64,000 bases of DNA, taken from contig CDRNVI010000080.1 in the NCBI GenBank assembly GCA_977017575.1, positions 62,001 through 126,000 of the forward strand, given 5' to 3'. Position numbers and translations under genes: made by a program. Numbering within the stretch: the stretch's first letter is position 1; every line of letters begins with the position of its first letter. Below are positions 56,285 through 64,000 of the stretch, one piece after another. Origin of the DNA: Paramoeba atlantica. Taxonomy: Eukaryota; Protista; Discosea. The notes beneath the pieces are model-generated. The model was not told the DNA's origin and searched no databases. It saw nothing but the letters and a program-made list of their open reading frames with translations.

Positions 56285-57160
56285 GAATGCGGAAAATGTT
56301 CCTCTGTAATCCGTTGAGGCAAAGGAGAATTCGCTTTTTAAGAAACATTTCGTAAAAACAGTAGTTAAAGGAATACGTAAAGGATAAATTAAAGATTAGG
56401 TTCCTAATTTTGTCTTGATAGGTTAAAAAACACGCACGACTCTGCACCTTCATCAACGCTACACCTCCTCCCTGACTGATCTCCCCCCCCCCCCTGACTT
56501 TTCCCTCTTTTTCGGTTTTTGACGTTAAGTCAAAGGGTTGAATTTCCTCTCTTTGACGTATACCCCATTTTCAGTTTTATGCATAAAAAACGTAAAGTTA
56601 GTCACTACTCAGTAAAGTTGGCACTTACTAAAAAACTTAATATAACATGTCCTTCCTTTAAGTGCAATCGCAAAAATCATGAATGTCTTCAAAAATTATT
56701 AGTAGCACGTCGTTGTCGTTCACCTTTCTGTTGCAATTCCAACTTTATGTTGCACTTCTCGGCTAAAGAGCATACCAGTTGAGATTTCTTCTCCACCTTT
56801 CCCCCCAGAACACTCCTCTCGCGCTTTTATGCTTTCACCCATTCCCGTCGGTGAACCACATTTTCCTGACCTTCCACCTATCTTCATCCTTCACTTTCAT
56901 GACCTTCCATCTATGAAATAATGGATTTTTGCTACACCCCACCGAACTCAATACATAAATCAATACACTTGAACTGTAACCTCTTCTGCCGGCGGAAGTG
57001 CCAACAAAACTTATTATTAATAAGTTTTGTTAGTATAAATATGGCAGCGTTATAAATTCTGGCAAATTTATAATTATTTATGAAAGGGACAATATAAATT
57101 TCAAAACTGAGGTTCAGCACTCATTCGCAAATATTAAAATAGTTGAGCACATTTCAAATA

Positions 57161-57249
57161 CTGTGACCCCCTTTAACGTAGAATAATGCGTTTTGTCTAT
57201 ATGATAGGGGGGTTGGGGGGGGGGGGTGTATATTAAAGGGGGGTTACAG
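57161..57249. mobile_element. 89-bp mini-MITE, TA-flanked
   Basis: TA|CTGTGACCCCCTTTAA ... TTAAAGGGGGGTTACAG|TA. Confidence 0.65.
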
Positions 57250-57378
57250 TACTGTACTTAGTGCTGATCTTCTCCACTTTACACTTTCGCACGTCGTATT
57301 CCTTTTTTCGCCCTATAGCGTTTCACTCGAGCTCGGGAAATCGAATGACCCTGCCCGATAGGCCCTTTGCAGGGCTTT

Positions 57379-57690
57379 TCACTTGGTCACTTTCCACTTG
57401 ACTTTTTTTGGTGTGCACCCCCCTAGGCCCACCGGAAGCCTACCCCCTAACACCGCGACGGTACCATCTTGTACCGCCGCTTGAATAATCTGGGAATTGC
57501 CCTTCTGGATGGCCACCCCTATTGCCATCAACATATGCGAAAGGCACCCGTTTTTATCCGAAGCGTGGGCCCTCGCCACCTTCTGGAGAAAGTCCAGGGT
57601 CTGAGGGCCTGGAATTCCATACGTTGTGAACGCTAGGGGGTAGAATTCCATCCCTCTCACTTGCGCCATCTCGTGGGCGCGACAAACCGC
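57379..57690 (-). pseudogene. 3' fragment of CRE-like non-LTR element (end of RLE domain)
   Basis: EFYPLAFTTYG.PG..LDFL.KVA...IGVAIQKGNS, typical RLE C-terminus. Confidence 0.7.
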
Positions 57691-58285
57691 TGTTTCGCGG
57701 TGTTTCGCAGTGTTTCGCGCTGTTTCGGAATAATAACCTGCAGCCCCTCAACTGTAGCACCTTATTCGAAATGAATTGAAACCCCCGCACGGAATCCGTG
57801 ACGACCTAAATGCTATGCGGTCCCGAGAGTCAAGGACGCTGAGGAACGTTTGATCGGGCTAAGTCTCTACTTCGTTGACGGGTCAACCAATTGACTGCCA
57901 CTTCGTTTACAGTAAATTCGACTGTCAACGAATTCGCCTAAATTGGGGCTGTTTCACCCAAAAAAGTAGATTATTCATGATTTTTTGGCAATTTTTTCTT
58001 TTTTGTTCGCTTCTTTACACGCGGAGGTAGTTTTCAATGCGAAGTGGTGCCTTCTAAGTTGAAAACAACTACCGCGTTTAACGAAGCTACTAGAAAAGTA
58101 ATATACCCTCCCCGGGTTATGATTTCAATACAATTTATCAAATTTATTCAAGAGTATTATTTAGGTTTTCCTATAGTTTAGGTTCACCTACATTTAATTA
58201 AATTTACACGTTTTTTTTTCTTTTTTACTACTTTACACGTTTAGTTTTTGTTACTGGTCAATTTAAAGCGTTTAATTTTGGCAGA

Positions 58286-59113
58286 ATGGGGTGCATTACA
58301 CTAACTAACAACAGTGATCTGACTGCTAGCTCTCGTCTGGGGAAAGTTAGAGGGGCCATGCTTTCTCCCGACATGCAAATGGATAAATTTATCTCACATG
58401 TTTGCTCCACCGAGCAGTCTGCTGTCTTCAAACAAGCTTCCGCGTGCTCGTGGTCGGGCGTTACTTGCGACTACCAGTCCCAAGTTAAGTCGATCAAATG
58501 GGGTAGTCTGAATTTGATTGGAAATCTTACATGGGAGTTTTTACCTTCTACAGTCACATGGCTTAACGTAGGTCACAATAGTCTCACAGGTGTTGTTCCA
58601 ACGGCACTCCTGCCTGCAAAAATGTCCTACTTAAGCCTTGAGTATAATGCTTTTCATGGAAATTTCGATGCTACATGTCTACCCGTAGCGCTAGAAATGC
58701 TCTGGTCGGCAAGTAATCTTTTTTCCGGGTTACTTGACCTCACAGCACTGCCGCCCATAGTGCATACGATCTCTTTAATGGAAAATAAGCTTGAAGGCAA
58801 ACTCGATTTAACCCGTCTTCCCTCATCTTTGGTAGAACTCTTTCTGTATCGTAATCGATTTACGGGCGAGGTGGATCTGACGCACCTTCCGGCTCGGTTA
58901 AAAACATTATATCTGTCCCAGAATTCTTTGAGTGGAGCACTAATTCTAGAGAATCTTCCAAAATATCTTCAGAAAATTTATATTGGTTCAAATAGTTTCG
59001 TTGAAGTATACCTCAAGGATTTGCCTCCTTCTCTCACGACGTTGAATATTTCGAACAACAGCGAACCTTTGAAGATAAAAGATACACCTGTTTTCGTCCG
59101 CGTCGTACTTTGA
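58286..59113 (+). CDS. Leucine-rich repeat protein (paralogue 4)
   Basis: RLGKVRGAML, WSGVTC, LPxxLxxLxLxxN repeats. Confidence 0.9.
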   Translation: MGCITLTNNSDLTASSRLGKVRGAMLSPDMQMDKFISHVCSTEQSAVFKQASACSWSGVTCDYQSQVKSIKWGSLNLIGNLTWEFLPSTVTWLNVGHNSLTGVVPTALLPAKMSYLSLEYNAFHGNFDATCLPVALEMLWSASNLFSGLLDLTALPPIVHTISLMENKLEGKLDLTRLPSSLVELFLYRNRFTGEVDLTHLPARLKTLYLSQNSLSGALILENLPKYLQKIYIGSNSFVEVYLKDLPPSLTTLNISNNSEPLKIKDTPVFVRVVL

Positions 59114-59422
59114 AAGGCCTAACCTTAAAATGTCTAGAAAATAAAAATGCTCTTGATTCATTATTGGGTAAAATGATCTACTACTCTTAATTATTGTGCA
59201 AATTTTGAAAAGTTATTTTTACAAGTTTTGCAGCACTCTTTTCGTAAAACAATAGATCTTGCGTAAAATATCGAAACGCTTATTTTTTGACAATTTTTAA
59301 TAAAGTTCCAGATCAGATTCTTTATTGTCACATTATATCATTGCGAAATGGTGTAAAATACGAAGAGCTTTGCGCTGTAGAAACCTTTTGTACCTCTATA
59401 CAGAGGTGCAACTAATGAATTA

Positions 59423-60745
59423 ATGGATCCTGCCTTACAAACCCTGCGTACGCTTTGCAGTCTCCGGAACTTGAAGTCTTCATTTACACTAAATTTAGTC
59501 TTGTTCCTCTATCAGACCTTGGATACCTACTCTGCAATACAGAACATAATCAACGTTCTTCCGGAGTTTGTCTCCGTAAAAATATTTAACAACTTGTCCG
59601 AACTTCTTCAACACATGTCTCTGTCCACTTCTCTTGATAACTCAATATTGCAAGAATGCAGTACTGAGGGGCCAACACGTGAGATTCTTATCTTGCAAGA
59701 TGCGGAATTTTGGTTACCATTTCATCCCTACGATACAGCACAAGCGGAACGTATTCATGAAACAGTGAAGATGCTTGACAAATCTTGTTGCACACATAAA
59801 GAGTTTACTCAACTCATACTTTTGCTCACCAAATTCCCGGAAAAACTTAGCTTACACATACGAAATCGCATTTTTTTAGATGTCACAGACAGCGATACAC
59901 AAGACCATCGTGTCTCATCGCCTACCCGAACTGCTGATTTCTGGGATAAGGTAGTTGGACTTTCCCGAGCGAAGGTCGCGCTCGAGCAAGCAGTGTTGTG
60001 GCCTCTGTTACACCGAGAGGCGCTTACTCGTTTTCGTCTTAACTACGCCGGAGGGGTTTTACTCTACGGCCCCCCTGGCTGCGGAAAGACTTCTCTGGTT
60101 CGTGCTTTGGTGCGGCACGCTGGGGTTTCCTTTCAGCATGTGGATAGCGCAAGCATTTTCTCCAAGTACGTCGGTTCCTCTGAGGAGTATCTCCGGAGAG
60201 TGTTTAGTGACGCCCGACGACGTACCCCATGTGTGGTTTTTTTTGATGAGGTCGATGCGATTGCGAGCGCACGTACCTCACGAACATCATCGGAACATCG
60301 AAGTCACGATGTGGTTGCCTCCATACTTTCTACTTTATTGACTGAAATGGACGGCGTTGAACAAAATAACTCGGGTGTGATTTTTATAGGAGCCACCAAT
60401 AAGGCGCTGGATGAACTAGATCCCGCGATTACGCGCCCCGGCCGTTTCGATAAGAAAATTTTTATTCCTCTTCCCGACGTAAAAGACCGAAAGGAAATTA
60501 TTTCTCGATACATGAAAAGAATTTCGCTAGGGTTGTCGTCACAAAACAACGGCATGTCGAAAGATGATATTTACAACAGTTTGATATCTTCTCTGGTGGA
60601 GAATACGAACGCAAAGTCTGCGGCAGAGGTGGAAGGAATCATGCTGAAAGGATACTGGGCTGGATTAAAACGACTCACAAACGAATCTGGCCTGATATCT
60701 GAAAATGAGGAGCTTCTTCTTTATGCAGATGACTTTGGATTGTGA
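59423..60745 (+). CDS. AAA+ ATPase, CDC48/AFG2-like family
   Basis: GVLLYGPPGCGKT, FFDEVD, LLTEMDG, IGATN, RPGRFD; degenerate upstream module. Confidence 0.9.
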   Translation: MDPALQTLRTLCSLRNLKSSFTLNLVLFLYQTLDTYSAIQNIINVLPEFVSVKIFNNLSELLQHMSLSTSLDNSILQECSTEGPTREILILQDAEFWLPFHPYDTAQAERIHETVKMLDKSCCTHKEFTQLILLLTKFPEKLSLHIRNRIFLDVTDSDTQDHRVSSPTRTADFWDKVVGLSRAKVALEQAVLWPLLHREALTRFRLNYAGGVLLYGPPGCGKTSLVRALVRHAGVSFQHVDSASIFSKYVGSSEEYLRRVFSDARRRTPCVVFFDEVDAIASARTSRTSSEHRSHDVVASILSTLLTEMDGVEQNNSGVIFIGATNKALDELDPAITRPGRFDKKIFIPLPDVKDRKEIISRYMKRISLGLSSQNNGMSKDDIYNSLISSLVENTNAKSAAEVEGIMLKGYWAGLKRLTNESGLISENEELLLYADDFGL

Positions 60746-60928
60746 AGGCAATGTATCTTCGTATCATCTTTTATAGGTTTAAATTTTCACTACACTTTCT
60801 CACTATACCAGACTCGGTGTGAGCCCCCGAGAACGGCAAAGAAAAGCTTGTAAAAATCTATTCAACGAATGTTGATCTTTATCCATTACTGGACCAAACC
60901 ACTACACCTTTTATTTACTGATTTTTAG

Positions 60929-61852
60929 ATGGCCGATCACGCTCTCCTCGAGCATCATCTGCAAACGCTTTTTCAGTGCCGTACCATAAAAGAGCGAGAA
61001 GTGAAGCAATTATGTGAGTGGGCAAAGGATTTGTTAAGCTCCGAATCAAACGTACACTGCATGCCGGCGCCATGTACTCTTGTCGGTGATATTCACGGAC
61101 AGTTTTATGATCTTGTGGAACTCTTCCGTATTGGAGGCGATGTGCCGGACACGAACTATATCTTTATGGGTGACTTTGTCGATCGTGGCTATCACAGCGT
61201 TGAGTCTTTTTTGCTTCTCCTTACACTGAAAGTGCGCTTTCCGCAACGTGTATGTTTGGTTCGGGGAAACCATGAGAGCCGTCAAATCACTCAAGTCTAT
61301 GGATTCTACGACGAATGTTTGAGAAAATATGGTAACGTCAATGTTTGGCGGTACTGCACCGAGGTATTTGACCATTTGCCGTTGGCAGCACTGGTTGCGG
61401 AACGTATTCTCTGTGTCCATGCAGGGTTGTCTCCTTCTATAAATACTCTAGAAGATTTACGCAAGTTAGACCGCAAAATGGAGATCCCGCATGAGGGCCC
61501 TATGTGTGATCTAATGTGGAGTGATCCGGAAGATATTGAAGGATGGGGGCTGAGCCCTCGAGGTGCAGGATATCTCTTTGGGGCGGACGTTGTTCAGCAG
61601 TTTAACGCTACTAATGGACTGGAACTAATTGCTCGCTCCCACCAGCTCGTAATGGAAGGATACAAGGCCATGTTTGATGATACTTTGGTCACGGTATGGA
61701 GTGCGCCGAATTATTGTTATCGGTGCGGCAATGTTGCTTCCATTTTGGAGTTGGACGAACACGCAAATAAAAATTTTAAGATATTCGAAGCTGCTCCTGA
61801 CGAAACGAGAGAGCATCATACGAAAAGCATAGTCACAGACTACTTCATATAA
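60929..61852 (+). CDS. PPP4C: Ser/Thr protein phosphatase 4 catalytic subunit
   Basis: [43 protein letters not shown]-terminal DYFI. Confidence 0.88.
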   Translation: MADHALLEHHLQTLFQCRTIKEREVKQLCEWAKDLLSSESNVHCMPAPCTLVGDIHGQFYDLVELFRIGGDVPDTNYIFMGDFVDRGYHSVESFLLLLTLKVRFPQRVCLVRGNHESRQITQVYGFYDECLRKYGNVNVWRYCTEVFDHLPLAALVAERILCVHAGLSPSINTLEDLRKLDRKMEIPHEGPMCDLMWSDPEDIEGWGLSPRGAGYLFGADVVQQFNATNGLELIARSHQLVMEGYKAMFDDTLVTVWSAPNYCYRCGNVASILELDEHANKNFKIFEAAPDETREHHTKSIVTDYFI

Positions 61853-62246
61853 ATCCAATGGTTTTGCTCTCCAAACATGTATCAACGGGATATACTGTAT
61901 CAGGGATGAATGCTACTGACCTGTTCTATAATACACCAGTACTGCAATTCAGTGAAAAATATTTTTTTCGAATATTGCTGCTAAAAATTCTATCATTCTC
62001 GTGCAGAATGTAAATATTAGAATGTAAATATCTACAACACGTTTTTATAGGTATGCTCTAGCTTCCTGTGCCATTCTTGCGGTTTTCCTTGCGGGTATAC
62101 AGTACACACAGTACCCCATGTTATACAGTAATGGCTAAAAACAGAAAATTACATCTCACAAAAAGGTGACCCACAATCTCCTCCTTGGAGACTTGAACAT
62201 TACTCCCTCCAAATCATGGCTTCCGGTATCTGATCACTGACAACCC

Positions 62247-63376
62247 TTGGAATCTCTTCTCGAGGACACCTTTCGTACCAACGGGGTTTCCACTATGGCA
62301 CAGGTCGCCAAAACACGTGCGAACGCCGGAGACCCCTTCGCTCAGTTCGTTGTGGGCGCGCTGCACTCCACCGGATGGGGAGTTTTTTCAACCCCCAGAA
62401 CTGTATCTTTCTCTCACCAAAGAGCCTCCTCCTTACCATTGTTTTTCATACAGGCAAAGGCCTGCAGAGAGAGATACCTGCCGTGTGACGACCGTTATCA
62501 ACGGCCATTAGCGCTTTGATTTTCAACGATACAAATCGTGCGGTAAGCAAAAAAAACGCGACCCTTTGGATAGTTTTTTTCATGTTCGACAACCCCAGTG
62601 ATCTGGGGTTTATAACATTTTTTAAAGTTATAACTGGTAATTTGAATATAATCTCGATTGCAAGATTATATGCAAATCGTTTTTTGTTGCGACATTATAT
62701 TCAAATACGATTTGAATATAATGTCGCCCCCCGGGTTACACACACCCTTAACCTTACCTCTTCCCCCGTGTCTTCCTCTCCCACACAACCACAACCCCTA
62801 CAGCAGACCAGCATCTCCCAACAACGCACGCACCCCCTTAACCTCACCTCTTCCCCTTCTTCTCCACTTCGCCCTCTCCACGGCCTCCGGTGACATCCGC
62901 GGCCTCCTCGCCCACCGCCATGCCACCGGCCTCGGCGTCACCCGCAGCTGTGGCCGGGCCGCCGCGCTGTATCGGCAAGCCGCCGCCCCCCTCCCCCACG
63001 CCTACACACCTACGTGGTCCCACGCAGCGCAGGGGGTGACGCTGTTGCACGGGGAGACAAGGGTGCAGGAGGCACAGAAGGTGGTGGGCAGGGAAATGGG
63101 GGAGGCGCTACAGTTTCATGTACAGGCGGCTTCAACGGCTACTGCGGCATCGAATGAGGCCTTAGGAGGGGAAGGTAACAAGGGAAACGGTCCCGCGCTG
63201 CGGTCGTTGGGGTACGCCTACATGTTGCCGTTGGATTATGAGGGCTGGAGCAGCATGGGGTGGCCGCGGTGGGGTATTTGAAGCAGGCGGTAGAGAAGGG
63301 TTCGGGGCATTGGGAAAAATCTATGCGAGAGGGAGTGTGGCCGTGGAGCGAAATTTTACAGCCGCATGGGGGTATA
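62247..63376 (+). pseudogene. Sel1-like-repeat (SEL1L/Hrd3-like) fragments with frameshifts, cut by palindrome P
   Basis: AQFVVGALHSTG, LAHRHATGLGVTRSC..A, ALRSLGYAY, LGKIYARG..VERNFTAAWGY in different frames. Confidence 0.65.
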
Positions 63377-64000
63377 TTTTAGGCTCTTCGTTAAACGCGG
63401 TGGTTTTCAACTTAGAAGTCACTTATGCTGCGCGCTTCGCGTTGAAAACTACCACCGCGTATAACGAAGAGCCTAAAAAAGTAAAATCGTCAAAAGATCG
63501 TGAATAATATTTTTTTATCCCGGATTTAGGCCGTTTTGATGCCTTACGAGTATGGGTAGGAGGCGAATCTGCCGAAAAAAACGTCGTAGAATGGTAGCTG
63601 AGGTCCCAAACTCTTAAAATACTATCCCCCCCTATCCTAGCGTTGTCCCGGTACCCCCCCTTATTGCGGTGGTTGTATAATTACCGCTCTACCCTCGATT
63701 GTTGAAAAAAAAAGTGAACAAAAACAGTGAAAATATAAAGAGAAAAACAGTAATAAATAGAAGAAAAATTATAATAGAAGAAAAAAATATAAAAGGGGGC
63801 TCCTGTGGTCCAAAACTGAAAAACAAAATTGAAAAAAATGGGGGGTCCAGGGGGAGCATACGTCGCGAATTTTTTTTTTAGAATTTTCTGCTTTTCAAAA
63901 TCGAGCTCCGGGAAGTGGTAGAGTAGGCCGCGGCGATAATTTTCCACCCCACCTAGGGGTACCCCCCCCCTGGTACGCGCAGGACGGGTCCGATAAGACC

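Noticed and set aside
55405-57177. Kolobok/piggyBac-like element bounded by TTAA-AGGGG / CCCCT-TTAA
   Set aside because: Match is only ~9 bp, and each end is already explained by another repeat (fold-back arm, 89-bp MITE).

Overview
Eukaryotic, most likely kinetoplastid (inference: prokinetoplastid/Perkinsela-like). Host genes are intronless and all on the + strand, there is a spliced-leader (SL)-like exon, and the window carries a Tc38-like gene and gag-YR-RT (VIPER/TATE-type) retroelements. 1-7156 is a 177-bp satellite with higher-order structure. 7.2-22.9 kb is a C-rich minisatellite block holding a 5'-truncated RTE-like LINE and a nest of elements: YR retrotransposon 1 is split exactly in its RNase H by YR retrotransposon 2 (A-B-A-B split direct repeats), which is itself interrupted by a composite insertion (poly(A) module + SL exon + truncated CRE-like RT + second poly(A) module). 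23-64 kb holds gene clusters (four LRR paralogues, eS31 without ubiquitin, PPR, SR-alpha, RPA3, SDR, Tc38-like, pRiA4b-ORF3-like, EDEM, AAA ATPase, PP4, Sel1 pseudogene) separated by MITE-like and palindromic repeats. Several genes contain GC-rich islands whose strand skew flips from C-rich to G-rich. All family assignments come from motif recognition by eye; no database search was run.
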